A stretch of 64,000 nucleotides of DNA, taken from contig CP075496.1 of NCBI GenBank assembly GCA_021613535.1, forward strand, positions 7,378,001 to 7,442,000. The letters are read 5' to 3'. This stretch comes from Adineta vaga. Its lineage: Eukaryota; Animalia; Rotifera. Made by a program: the position numbers and the translations under genes. Of the stretch, positions 1-21,370 are shown in pieces; position 1 is the stretch's first letter; each line of letters begins with the position of its first letter. The notes beneath the pieces are model-generated. The model had not been told where the DNA came from, ran no database searches, and saw only the letters and a list, made by a program, of their open reading frames with translations.

Positions 1-37
1 TCAATCTAACGAGGAAAAAGAAAAGAACTCAACTTAC

Positions 38-82
38 AATTGTATTAGAAGGATAGCGAGTGGCATCAACATTCGGTGGCAT
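38..82 (-). CDS. Probable first coding exon (MPPNVDATRYPSNTI) of a gene running off the left edge
   Basis: Minus strand reads AG|ATG at 82, 15 codons, then a GTAAGT donor at 37-32. Product not identifiable. Confidence 0.35.
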
Positions 83-2035
83 CTTCGATAAAGAACAAAA
101 AAATTAACAATAAAAATGCAACTAGTTTTTTCGTTTCATATTTATATGCTATCAACCTTGGTGAATGTATGAATGACACGTTGCACAAACGACATTTCAT
201 CAGCTTGCTGAGAAGAGAAAAAAATGTATACACATCATTCCTTGAAACAATGTCAAAGAATAACAAAAAAAAGTGTAGGATATTGAGTTACAATTTCATG
301 CATGAAACAAAATTGTGGTTTCTCGAAATATTTTGTCGTAACTGTTCTCATTTGATGAAAAAGAAAACAAAATATTGCATTAAATATCCTCATCATTTTC
401 GACTCGGTGACGTTTTCTGTTTGTCTGCAGAGATGTTGACCGCCTACGTGCTTTTTTTTTTCTTGAGAAACAAATGTTTATCATCATCATTGTTGTTCTG
501 AATGTCATGAAAAATCTATTTACAACCTTTACTCTGTCTTTCTGTTTAATTTTATCATCTACTACGAGAATTGCGTTGTTCTATTCAACTTTATTAACCC
601 CTGGATGAATCACAGAGTTTATTTTGTATCATATTTTCATATACTTCAATATTTAATCAAATTGAATGACGTCTTTCTATCTCTAAAAACAACTAACAGC
701 TATTTTTAATTCTCATCATTGCAATTAGAATGACGCATCATCATCATCGCTCTTTCCCATCGAATGATTGATTTCTCTATGGAAAAATAAAACGCAAAAT
801 TGATTCATCAAATTTATAAATAACTTTGTCGGAATATGAACTCACATCGTCGGCGTTGCAATGATTTCTTAAACTTATTTTACTAAGAAACCATTGCCAT
901 AGATATGCTTGCTTTTCAAGTGCTTCTTAATTATATTTAATAAATATAGCCTTCGCCATCTAGTTTTTTCTTTACTATAAACAAATATAGAAAGAAGAAA
1001 ATGTATATATTTAGTCATCTCCAGGCATTTAAAAGAAGAAAAAAAAGGAATCTCAATAATCTATTGTTTTGTTTATGCTAATGAAAAACCTTAGATAAGC
1101 GTTTTAGTCTAATCTATGGATTATGTAAATGATTCGCATTTTGTTTTATTTTTATGTCTTAACTACTTTGCATCATGTCACATACACACATGTATATATA
1201 GATATTTTGAAAATAGACCCAAGTATGCATCTTTAATGATAAAATTTGTTCGAAGTCAAACTTCTTCGTTACTCATACTTATTGATTTATGCAAAGTGAA
1301 TGTATGTACTAGGTCAATACATTTGATGGGCTTTTTATGCGATAAAATTTCTAGTTACTCTTTGAATATCTCGATATATATATATAAGGTTTGAATGAAC
1401 AAATATACTTGTAGAGAACGAATAGTATTTCATAGAAAAAATTCAAGTACAGAATATCATGATTAACAAAAGATTTCTCGAATAAGAATGAAAATCATTT
1501 GAATAGTGCTTCACACTTTATTATTATTCAACGTCCACATCGACATCATTGGTCGTACAATTGTAAGTAAAGAACGAGAAAGTTTTTGACGATCATAATA
1601 TGTTCGTCTTCGAAACATTCAAGAACGAAAGCATAAGAAAGAAAGAAAAAGAAGAAGAAACATAGTTGTAATAACACCAAAAGAAATCAGAGGTAAATGA
1701 CAATAATGAAAAAAAAAGAAGTAAAGTAAAGAGAATATGAAGATGATTAATGCTAAAATCGTCTACAAAACTAATCATTCTCTGACGACCAGTTTTGTGT
1801 TTGAGACGATAGTATCATTATAAAAAAGAAAAAGTAAGAGAGAAAGAGAAATAATAGCACAAAAGAGAATAAGAACAAAGTAGATAGCACCAACAGTAAA
1901 GAAAAGGACGAAAATCGTGAACAAGTTCACATGAATTGATTTGCTTTCTTTGATTTTTCTTTTCTTCTGCATCTAATTGATTTTCAAGAGAGAGAAAATA
2001 TGAATTAAATGTGTGCAAAATATAGAAATATATCA

Positions 2036-2053
2036 TATATATATATATATATA
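2036..2053. repeat. (AT)n microsatellite
   Basis: Direct read. Confidence 0.8.
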
Positions 2054-2078
2054 AATATATACAAAAGACAGGGACCGG

Positions 2079-8939
<6,861 letters not shown>

Positions 8940-9857
8940 TCTATTTTGACATTTAAATAAAAATCATCATTCAGCACCCTTAAGGAGAAAAAATCATACA
9001 TATTCGACTTGAATTTTCTTTCTATACAAAAAATAACAACAATTACCTGCTCTTTTACATTCATTCATTTATGATAAAAACAGAAATCTGAAACAAAAAG
9101 AAAATTTTTACAAAGAACAAACAATGCATATGTCTGAAAACAACAACTCATCCCTTCCTACACTAAACAAACACGTATATACATAGAGAGATATATGTAT
9201 GGATGTAATATAATATGACTCAATTTAACAACAGCCTAAGCATCAAGTGGACAATTATAACCAACCAATAATTAAACGAGTTTATAAGAGATGTCGGTAC
9301 TATCGTAGAATGACATCTAGCTAGCTTGAAGATGAAAAGACGAGTTCGTAAGAAACTTTTGTTTGTGACATCTCATTCTTCTTTTCTTACATTATCTTCA
9401 ATCAATATCAAGAATGATTTATGTTAAAATAATAATATCACAGACATCTGTAATATATTTCAAGCAAATTGAGAAGTGTTTTTTCTTAAATATTAGAAAC
9501 TTAGGAAGGAAGTCATCAACTGAATGCCCACACTTATTTCTTATAAAAACAACGAATCATAGGGTATACTTATACAAAATCTAAATGATAAGTGAAGAAT
9601 ATACTATTATACATTTCTTTTTCATGAGAAACCTTAAGTCTCTAGACTACAGAGAAATATTGTTGATCGAAAACATGAAGTGTATCAGAAGTAGATGACT
9701 ACCAGATTGTGTTTTCTTGTCTATAATCAGCATGAATTTTGCAGATTCAGATGTTTGTAATTTGTAGTTCATAGAATTAAAATATACTCTTCTCCAACGA
9801 GTGTAAATAAGTATTAGAAAACTTAATTAATCAGATTATATTCTCAACTATGATCTA

Positions 9858-11856
9858 TTAAACAAAGTTTTCGTATTGTTTAGTATCTTTGATAAATCTT
9901 TCTATGTGATATTGTTTTGCTTTCATTGATAATAGAGGTAAACTTGATGAACGAGTAGAAATTGATTGTTTAAAATTTTCCATGTCTTCAATTTTTCTTT
10001 TTCCGTTCAATACACGTATCAAAAAGACGATAATATGGTGTTAAAATTCGATAATTATAAACATTTGTATTATTTATTTGTTCAATTAATTCATATTGAC
10101 TAGAGAGAGAATTTTGATCTTTAAAAATATTCTCCTTCTGATTTCTAATATCATATAAGATTTCATCTAAATATTTCATTTGATTTAAATCACCTAATTG
10201 ATCTTTGAGATTTTGAGCATAAATGATATATTCTTCTGCGCGTGGAAAATCTTTTAATTGAAAATAAATTTTACCTAAAAGAATATTTGCTTCAATACGT
10301 AAAAGTTCTTCGTTGGATAATGATGCATAATCAAGTGCTTCATAAGCATATTTTTTTGCTTGATCATAATCATTCATATTCAATGAACAAAAACTAAGAT
10401 ATTGATAAACAAATGCACGTTCATTATTTGAATTTGATTGATTTATCATCTGAAGAAATCTTTCAATAGCTTCCGGATATCTATTTGTTAACATTAAATT
10501 TCGTGCAATATCATATGTAGCTCGATAGAGACAACTTTGATCTTTTAATGGAAGTAAAATTTCATAAGCTTGATTATAATTGTCTAAACTTTGATCAAAT
10601 AATTGGATTTCATTATAGGATTGACCGACTAATCGAAATGCTTCAGCGAGCATTAATGGTATTCGAAGGTCGGGAGACGAGTTCTTATTATCAAAAGATT
10701 GAAGACAATTGATGATTTTCATCGATCGATAAAGAATCTACAATAGAGAGATAAGAAAATTACAAACATATTCGATAGATTTCACTATACCTCCATACTC
10801 TTTTCTTTCGAAGGTAATTTTTGTAAATGTATTAATTCTTCTTCGGCTATACGAATGAGCGTTGTTCGATCCGTATCTGATGTACAAAACAGATTTTTTT
10901 GCATCATTTCATTATTAATATGAAGACATTCAGCTTTATCAAGAAATTTTAATTGAGCTTCTACAATAGATATCGCTTGACGTGCTTCGATTTTCGCTTT
11001 ATCCAAGCCAGTAAAACCTTGATTAAAAACAAATACATATTCCAATAGTTTTAACTCATTCTCCTAACCAGCTGATGACTGCTTATCTGTATATAAATCT
11101 ATTAATAATTTTCGATCCTTTGCTACTTCTATTAAAAGTCTATTTGCTTCTTTATTGACATATTGAGTTAATGGTATTTCATTTGGAGGCACTTGTTTTC
11201 GTATTGGTGATCGATGAAGTAAATTGATTTTATTCGATGGTTTTTCTTTTACTTGAATTAAATGGTTCGTTATTGTTAAATGAATATTAGGATTACAAAT
11301 AGTACATTCGAGAATTTCCGTTGCTTTTTGAATACCTTCAAGACAAGTTTGTTGAGCGGGTTTGATTTTATTTGCACGATGAAAATACATCAATGCTATA
11401 ATGAAAAGCAAATCAATTAACTAGATTAGTTAATCAATGATATGATGATTCAACCTAATTCAAATTCTCCATCAGCATATAAAACTTCAGCTTTTTGTAA
11501 ACAAACATAATATAGTAGTAGATTAGAATTGTATGACGTATCATCGATTAAATTTAAAGCTAAATCTAGCAAAGAAAGAAGAAGAAGAAGAAGAAGATTG
11601 AATCTATGTCTATTTGTTTTTCTTCATTACCAGTATCTTCTTGAGCTTTATCAATACTACCCATTTTGAGAAAAACACGTGAACGATCAATATACGTAGC
11701 TGTATCATCCGGTTTTGACACTAAAGCTTTCGTATATTGATCAAGTGCACCATGTAATTGATGTCTTTTTTCATAGAAACGACCAATACTTGCTGTAGTC
11801 GTATTGTTTAATACTGATTTTGACGCACTTTGTGGACGAGAATTTTCCACTATCAT
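9858..11856 (-). CDS. TPR-repeat protein, TTC25/ODAD4-like (outer dynein arm docking), divergent
   Basis: Spliced ORFs 11566-11856, 11064-11411, 10785-11045 and 9988-10722. Motifs 'QKAEVLYADGEFELALMYFHRANKIKP...GIQKA' and 'LLIDLYTDK' resemble TTC25, followed by C-terminal TPRs. As written it stops at 9988; a shifted frame continues to 9858. Confidence 0.7.
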
Positions 11857-13893
11857 AATCTATTAATCAGATAAAATAAGTTATTAATTGTGATAAGCGC
11901 GTATTTAAATTCAAATGGTTATTTTAGTTAGATATCAATCAGTTAATTCGTACATATTATTCACCTTCATAATTACAATGCATGATTATTCCTCATTCTC
12001 TGCCAATTAGACAGTGGCTTAGTCAAGTGAGAGAGAAGCCAACAAGCGATCAATCCTGGCTAAGTCACTGCCTCAAATTGATGTCTTTGTTTATGTTCAC
12101 GTTAACAATAGTATGTATGTATTCGTCCATGAATTTTTAAATAATCAAGAAGAACTTTAATAAAGAAAAGAACGTGTATCGGATAATTAAAAAGTTAACA
12201 TTATAGAAAACGTTAAATATATCATGTTTATTTCAATGCATCTGGTGGATTGAGATAGTGTCAATCATTTGGATTTGCTCAAACTAAAATAAAAACTCAG
12301 ATCCGTTGAACAAACATTGTTTTCCGACTGAGAATGTGCAGCGAAAGTGATTGGAACGAGATTTTAGAGTAATTTATCAGATAAATTTGACATAAAGTGA
12401 ATGAATTTAGTAAAAATCACTGGTACAGTATAAAATAGTCTAATCGTACTGCAGCCGTAAAAGCATTGTCAAATTTGAAAAAGGTAAATTCAGTCTTTTT
12501 AGATGAAAGAGCAAAGTTGAGAATAAAAATAATTTCGTACTAGCTCTATTTATACAGATGCTATGACATGATGGGATAATATTCAAACCTAGATGGAAAA
12601 TTGAACAGATGAAAATGTTAGCAACTTTCTTTCGCTAATTCCAATGATTGTAGTAAGACTGCATGGATCTTTCAAGAAATGCCTAGAAAAATTGTCATGA
12701 CCTTTGTTTTGAGTTTCTCTTTAACAATGATTATGATGACGAGTGTATTTTACATACGTTTTTCGGATATTTCATGTATGGAGCTGTTGATCGAGAAAAA
12801 TTCCCGATTTTTCTGCTGATTTATGCTAGAACCTCATCGATTAAAAATGCAATTCTAGTAGAGAGCGACGATATCGAATGTTTTGTATACTATTCACAAA
12901 GATTTGCCAACGATTCTTTGATGTAAATAATACTTCACTTGAAAGACGTATTTATTTGTCTCGATTTTTGGTGAATTGTCAATAATTATCGTGTAATCAC
13001 GTGGTCAAATCGATTGTGAACTATGCATTCAGTTTTATTTCTAGCTGCCTCTGATGATTTCATATGCAGTAGAGTTTCGTGGTACGAGAGTAGTAGTTGG
13101 TCACTGAATTATATGCAATATCAGTTAGCTGTCACAAGTTAGTATACTTCCAATTAAATCATTATGAATAAAAAGATATTTAGAAAATCGCGTTATGCAA
13201 GTTCGGTTATTTAACCTCTAGATTGGTCTTTGTGATTTAGCTTTTATTAATATTATCAAATATTTATAGTTGATTGTTACAATATATTTTTGTTTCTAGA
13301 AGGAAGGCGTGTAGACAACGGATTGCAAGATGAATAGAGTGATATCCACTCAAGAATACCGTGCTGCAGATAAAGTTAATCGATCTATCTATGAGAAGTA
13401 TTCTTCGTTCATAGTTATATTCGAATACAATCATCTAAATTTGAAATCATGTGTTTTCTACTGTCACTCATAACATCAAATCATTCAAAGTTATTTTCAA
13501 AAAAATCTAGTTTTTCTATACATAGAAAACGACAATGATCTTCAATGAATACTAATCAATTCGATATGTTGACGTATGCGCACAGAAAAGGAATTTTACA
13601 TCTGTTTACAATTTTGTTTTGTTCTGAAAAATAGGACAAGACTAATTTATTGTATTTTTTCCTGAAATAAAATCAGAATGAATATACTCTTTTGAGAGAT
13701 GAAATGAAGAAAAAAACGGAAAAATACTGTGTTTAATTACAAATACATCAGTTACATAGAAAACAAAGTAATCACGTATGAATAGTTCGTTAACGCAATA
13801 AATAATTCTGTTTCTGTAATGTATCATGTTTTAATTTCAAACACTAATTTTCTCGTTGAATAATTCATGTATATATTTAGTTTTAGAATATTA

Positions 13894-16800
13894 ATGATTT
13901 ATTTACTTATTATATCAATTCTTCTGTTAGTTAATCTACAGCCGATTCTCATGTTACCTCCTGTGCATCTTCTATCTAATAGAACATTGAATGTTAAAGA
14001 GTATAGTACAGTAAAATTTGATTGTGAAAATCAACCAAATCAACAATTAATTGCATGGAGAATGAATTTACGTCCGGATAATAATCATCGGTAGAATGAA
14101 AAAGACATAATGATACTATTTTTGGTGTAATTTCTCATTTATTTTAGATATTATTATATCAATCCAAAACTGCGAGGAGATTTTTTACTCGACAATGAAA
14201 TTGAAGAAAAACCAAGAAATGTTAATTTTGAAAATGATCGTTATACAATAATATTTTCTAATGTAAAACAAACAAATTAATTGACATAAACAAAAAGAAT
14301 TCTCTTGTTATTTAAGGTACGACAATGGATTAATAGTGCTTTTGAAAGTATTGAATGTGTTATATATAATGATCAAAAAGTTCGATTTGAAAATATGCTA
14401 TTCTATTTACATATTTACGGTAAAGAAATTGATTTCGATGAAATTTTATTTATTGACATATTCTATTCTAGTTCTTCCATATTCATTTTCGTTGATTATT
14501 AACAATATTTCTATGGAAAATCAAGCAACATGTTGGTTTCATATTCAACAATATGTTAATATAACATGTGAAATATATTCTTATCCAAAATCTCAATTAG
14601 AACTTATATTAAACAATAAATTATTACTCAACAAGGAAAATATTGATTGTTTTAATGATGATCTTTCAACCATTGTATTGTCAAATGCATTATGTCTTTC
14701 ATATAATAATTGGCGTGTACGTGTACAAATAAGTACTAGTTTGTATCTAACAAAAGAATACAATGAACAGAGCATATCCTGTTCTCTTATTGATTTTCCT
14801 CATGACAATGCATGGAATTATTCAACAATAGTTCATTTACGTGAAAGAATAGGTAAGTAATAGAGAACTTACAACTTAATAATCATTGAATATTTCTCGT
14901 CTAGAAATGCTAGTCTGTAGGTTTGATTTTTTTATCAGATAAAACGTATTTGAGAAACTCTCTATCCATCATGTCTCCGAATGTAAATATGTTTGATGAC
15001 TTATATATTTAACTAAGAAGAATGACTTTTCAACAGGCACAAAAAAATTTTTAAATAGACTTATTATTAATCAGTAGCGATATATGAATCCGTCGATTTC
15101 ATTAATAAGTAAATATTCTTGCATGCACTTAGTTGAAACTAGTTTATTATGTAATTTTAAGGAATAAGAATCTCATATCTCATTTAGACTTTATTATCAT
15201 ATAATTAATCACATATAATTGCATAGATAGCTGACTACACTGCATAGCTTCATGTAAAATTTCATTGATCTCTATCGTTTTGCGGTTTTATATGTTTTTG
15301 AAAGAGACCTAAAAATGATCTATTTGACTGACTTCGCGCGTTGCTACAAAAATAACGAAGGCAGTAAGTAACCAAAAGAAATTAGAAATGGCAGCACTAG
15401 AAAACGCATATCAGTTTCTAGTAAATCTTATCAAGATCCAATGAAAAAAAAAAGAATTTGTCATATGTCAAACGATCATAACGCACATGTCATAGCAGAG
15501 ATATTACAGAACTTTTCTTGTTTCTTAACAAATGTTTCAGCTGTAACATCCACATTTTAACTGGAGAATGTACGTTGGAAAAGAAACTTATTATATCGGT
15601 CAATATGAATAGAACTAATACCCATCCCTAAAAAATAACTCAGATGATCCTCATGTATTTCGATTTTTTGGAAACTAGGCAATGACCAAAAATAGGTTCC
15701 TATTGACATGTATATTCTACGCGAAACTTTGATAGCTTTAGCAAAACATCTTGAGCAGTTCATTTTTAACTATCTTTGCAAAGTTTTTTAAAACTCAAAA
15801 TGACAAAACAGAGAAATCATATTACGTTTGTAATTAGGGATTGTAATAAGGCGCCTATATAATCATGTATATCTTACCATAGGATAATACGAGCTGAATA
15901 AAATATGAGACTTGTAATTTGTAGCGTTTTTTTGACCTCGTGAAAATGTCCGATCGAAAACGACTATAAGAAAAACAAAATCTTGTAGAATAGTTGGAGT
16001 TCATTGAGAATTTATCTTCTATGTAGTTTTATTCATGTGATAGACAATATAAAACGATCTTGACAACGATAATGTCATTTTCTATGTTATTAATAGTAAT
16101 CTTCGTTTATGCCCGTACGACAGCTCGAAGAATTGACAGCTAAAGTATTGTTCAGTGCTTTTCTTATACGTCTAATCGAAGTGTTGTGATATATTTAAAG
16201 GAAAAATGAGTACATTTTTATTTATTTATTTTATCTTCTTTCTTGGAGCTTTTAAGGTCAGACTCATTATATCTTATTAAGAAGATCATAAATAAGAATT
16301 CTTTTTATAGAAGATGTTCTTTTCTCAAGTTAAGGTATTTGAATATATTCCGACCTTTCTTATATAGTTTATATAATTATAAGTGTTCTCTTTATATGTG
16401 AATAGCTATTATTTTTCTGTTTTTTATTCTCTGAAAAGGGTTCTATTTAAAACTAATTATTGAATTATTTTGACGAATCTTATATTTGAGACTTAATTGA
16501 CGAACAATATCAATCGTTTGCATAGGTATTGTCTTGTACTATATAAAGTACTTTTTCGATCTTCAGTGAAAAGATACCTTGAATAATGATTACATGAAAG
16601 ATTGTCTGTTTAATATCTCCGATATATAGATATAAATATTTTCTTCTCATGTAGCACTACGATGACATTTTCAACTTGACAAACTTTTGAAAACAGACAT
16701 GGAATTGACACATCTATTTGCTATCATCTAGTGAGTTTTGAATTATAACACATGTCCAATACAACTTAAATTAAAGATTAAACATGAACTTTTACAATCT

Positions 16801-17866
16801 TTTTTCTTTATCAAGACTGATAATGACAGGTATCATTCTGTGTCTTTATATGATTGATTAACATATTTATAGTAAATGATAATGCCGAGATTCTGATATG
16901 AATACACAAGACTAGTTCTTAATTAATACAATAGATCAGTAACTCAATATACATATTCATTTGGTTGAAATCGAATTCATCAAATATATATATATATGAC
17001 TAATAGATGTTCTTTTCCCTTCTTATTCTTCTATGTTTTAATTATTTAGCATGCCTTTAGTGTATTTATATCTTGTAATATGCAAAAAGAGAAAAGAAAA
17101 TCATTTGTATATTTGCCTACATCTAAATACCCAAAGAAAACATCCGTCTAGATCACGAGCATCATCATCATCATCGTCAGCATCAACAGCAGCTAGAAAA
17201 AGAAAATTGATCGATTACATACTCTCTGTCATTTTCTTCTTTCTATTTGATGTAAAAAAATAGAGCGTAAGCTTTACTTATTTGATCCTTTGAGTCCTTC
17301 TTATATTGATCATATTACTTGTTATTATCGCATCATCTGCTTGAGATATATATATATTCATTGACTTTGTTCTTTCTTTTATTATTAGAACAAACTCACC
17401 AGCTAAATACATCATCAATAACATACTATAGGTAATTAAGTTTTCATTTGATTTAAAAAAAAAAGAAAATTTCTTTTATTGATAATAATAGACTTACTAA
17501 CCAAACATTGATTAGTAAGATCCGAGAAAATAATCAATATTTTCTATTTCAATGATGATTTCTTATAGAATTAGAATCGAAGACATTGTCAACGAACCAA
17601 TCAGCAATATTCAAACAATCGAATAGATTTCTTGAAGGTTTGTCTTTTTTGTTCTCTCAATAGACATTACGATAATTTTCCCTTATTCAATTATGAATTT
17701 CGATTGTTCTCGAACTATCGGATGATTTTCTTTTTTTTCTTTGTTATTCAAAGAACTAAATTGACTCTTTTTTTTCTTAGGATTTTCCTATAAACAAATT
17801 CTTTCAATTTTGATTGGTATTATTCTCTTATTAATTATATTAATCTATTTTATATATAAAAATTAA
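13894..17866 (+). CDS. Single-pass membrane protein with signal peptide and Ig-like domains
   Basis: Signal peptide MIYLLIISILLLV; 'VKEYSTVKFDC...IAW' and 'VNITCEIYSYP...ISC' Ig-like patterns in exons 13894-14852; downstream exons near 17570-17638 and from 17781 encode a TM helix (ILSILIGIILLLIILIYFIY). The linkage of the distal exons is inferred from phase. Confidence 0.55.
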
Positions 17867-18409
17867 GCAAAACAAAAAGTAACGTTTATTTTTCAGAAGA
17901 ATAAGTAATACGATATTTTTATAATCTTTTTTTAGTTTTCAACATTTCTAATACAATCAAATCTTTCAGACGGAATTATTTATATATCATTTACTTCTAT
18001 TTTCATAGGTAAATCCAGCATAGTGACGAAAAAAAGAATGAATCTAGTCCTCGTTCGATTCCCCATAGATTAGTTCTCTCTCTCTCTCTCTGTGTTTTAT
18101 AAAACTGTCACGCAAAGAAATAGAGCAAAATATTATCTTTGATGTTGATAGTGATCCCGATAAACTTCTGTTTTTTCCTAAATATCTTGTCAAAATATGC
18201 GTCCGAGTCAATTCATATAACAGATCACATCGGAGACGAAACAGCGTCATCGTCATTTATTCTCATTTCTTTTTTCTTCTCTCTTTCTTTTTTTTCCTTT
18301 AGTTTTTTTCTTTTTCACGATACACATGCGAATGGTTGCCTTTTATTTTCTCTATTCTATCAATTCATGTCTTCATTTCATCAATAACTAACCTATATTC
18401 AATATCAAC

Positions 18410-20154
18410 ATGAATCTAACAGATTCGGTAATATTAAATGATCAACCATCAGAATGGTTTCGTATTTCGTTAATTTCTATCTTTATTATTATTGTAATTG
18501 TTGGTTTAATTGGTAATACTCTTGTTTTATTATCTGTTTCGACGAATCATATTAAAATTCGTCGATCATCTACAAATCTTCTTCTTGTGAATATGTCTTG
18601 TGCTGATCTAATTATTCTTAGTTTTAATATACTTGATATAATTCAATTTTCCTATGATCGTTCATGGCCCACAGCTTGGTATCTTGGTTTATATCTATGT
18701 AAAATAGTTCGTTTTTTTCAAGTCCTTGGTTGTTATGTTAGTGTTCAAACATTACTTGTGATTAGTATTGAAAGGTAAGATTTAGTTTTCTTTCAATTAT
18801 ATCTATTGTATTCTTCTAGATATATTGCAATAGTTTATCCAGTGAAAATTTCATCTGTTAATCGACGTAAACGTCTTTCATTGATATTTGTTTCTATATG
18901 GTCGATAGGAATTATCATGGCTTTACCGAATCTATTCTTACTTATTCTACATCCACTTTATAATCGTCCCGATTATTTTATATGTGGTCTTTCAGATCGA
19001 CTAGAACATTCAAGTTGGATTTTATTATATAAATATATTGAATCAATTCTATTTTTTTTCGTACCAATTTTTGTACAAGTAAGTTAGACTATTTTTTACT
19101 TGAATGTAAAAGAAATTCCCCAATGAAAGAAAGAAAAATAACTTTTTTTGCCTGTGTACTTTTCTTAGCGTGCGTGCGGAAAATTTATCGAAGATATAAA
19201 ATTATTTAATGAATAACTATTTTATGTCAGACAACAACAATTTAATCAAAGAGCGAGTCATAAAAAAAAAGTGAATATGTCTAGAAAACTCATCCGATTT
19301 TTAACCAATATTATCTCATGATTATGATTGACTGAAAACACAGATGCAATGAAATAATGTTCCTTAAGAATAATATTCATACTTAAAGTAGCTATTTTTG
19401 TCTCAAGCTGCTAAAAGCTCTCAATATTTTACTTAAGAAAACAAAATAGATTACTCTTGAGATACTTTTATTACTCTCCAGAGAAGTATTAGATTCGTAA
19501 CTATATACAAATGTTCTGTTTATCAGACAAAAAACAATGTTTGCTACTAAAGTTTCTAGTAATTATTCAAACAATAGTATTATGTTTATCGTTTGTTTAT
19601 TTTAGGCAACACTTTATATAATTATTTGTCGAAATATCTTCATGGTTGATCGTGCTGTTCAAGCCAATTGTCGTAGTGAACAATTACAACAAAGTTCCGT
19701 TAGTGATTCTCATCGACAATATTCAGGAACAAAGATGAGTTCATTCAATCCAACGCCATTACCTGATCATCATATGAGTTTAATTCCAATGAGTTCACCA
19801 CGTTCACAAACACATCTTATGACAATAGCAAATTCTTCACATAAAAATGGTGATACAGCACGAAAAAATGCTATTATTATGTTACTTTTGGTTGCAATCC
19901 TATATTTTATTGCCTTCTCACCTGGACAAATTAATTTTGTATATGTGCAAATCAATCGTTTACATCATTTATATGAAAATCGTCTTTATTCGATTATATC
20001 GATTCTATTAGCATTATCATCAACCGCATTTAATCCAATTCTATTTTATATCTTTAGTAAATTTTTTCGACATAAATTCAATATCATACTGCGTAGTTTA
20101 TTTCCTATATGTCGTATTCATGCACGACGACAGAATAATTTCCCAATGATATAA
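18410..20154 (+). CDS. Class A (rhodopsin-like) GPCR, peptide-receptor-like; 3 coding exons
   Basis: TM1 GLIGN, TM2 NMSCADL, TM3 LCK...SIERY, TM4 W, TM5 FFVP, TM7 FNPILF. Confidence 0.9.
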
Positions 20155-21370
20155 AACGATGGGTTCTTTTTTCTTCTGTTGTTTTGTCAATGAATTCTAT
20201 TTGGAAGAATAAAATATATACACACTTGTTTTTTAGTTAGAAATAGTTTTCTCCATGAGTAGATGAGAAAATGAATTTCTAGATAACGATATTTAATTTG
20301 ATTCATGACGCTTGATAATGAAAAAACTGAAATTAATTTGTTAAGAATTAAAATAAATTCTTCATAGAACAATAATATGTTTTATTAAAGTATCAAGAGA
20401 TGTAGAGTAATGAAGTCCATATATAACATATAAACCAAATAAATAATAAACTCCATAAAACAATTGTTAAATTGAATACATAAGAAAATGTATTTTCATT
20501 CATTAAGGTTGATATTATTGAATTATCATTCTAAAAAATTGAATAAAATTCACTGAGTAAATAAAAGAAATGATTAGTTTCATGTATAAAATCAATTACA
20601 TCTTTTATTTCTAGATCGTGTAATTGTTCTAAAGCAATATGAAACATGTATTCGATGTTACAATGATATGTAAGCCATGGTACTTGTTCTTTAAGCATTT
20701 CAAAAGAAAAAAACCATCTTGAAATAGTAAAAGAACGCGCGAACATTAATTAAATAGTTCGTAAAATTTTAATGTTACATACTGTAAAGAAACTAATGTC
20801 AAAAGTGCTGCAAATGACAAAAATCAAGAATAATTAATTTGGAAAGTTTTTGATGTGATTTTTGCTCCACTTTTCGGGAGTTACTTCCCAATTCTTTCCA
20901 TTTATTTTTTTACTAAATTGTTAACTTAAGTGCATATTTTCTGCTCGTCATTAACCAATTCATGGTATGTATGCCGAGCGGTAGAAAACATCATTTATTA
21001 GAGAAAAGTTCAAGTAATCTTGCACTCAGTAAAACGTCATTAGTTGACATCATTATATTTAAATACATATTATTTTTTCAATTATCTAGAAAGAATGCTG
21101 TGCCAATCCGGAAGAGACCTTAGTATTAATGTATTATGGAATGTCAGACGTTCGATCACACATTTACATTTCTTGTATTTTGATATGTGAAGAATGGAAT
21201 GAAATGTTCTCTTCAATTCTAATGACTCTTTTTCAATTTTATCCTTAAACTAATATAGAAGATTGATTTGATTTACATTCTCGTGGTTGAATCTTTTTTG
21301 GTTGGTAAGAATTCAATTCTAGTCGAATGTTTCAAAAAATTTTATTTTAGAAAAAAATTATTTTTTCGAT

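Noticed and set aside
76-2036. Several 60-140 aa ORFs rich in F/L/I/K
   Set aside because: The composition reflects AT-rich non-coding or UTR sequence; no motifs or coherent splice structure.
11900-13850. 2-kb gene-free interval considered as a possible transposon remnant
   Set aside because: No terminal repeats, target-site duplications or transposase/RT motifs that I could recognise.
14860-17380. Long ORF-poor stretch
   Set aside because: Best explained as a large intron of the Ig-like gene; no supportable nested element.
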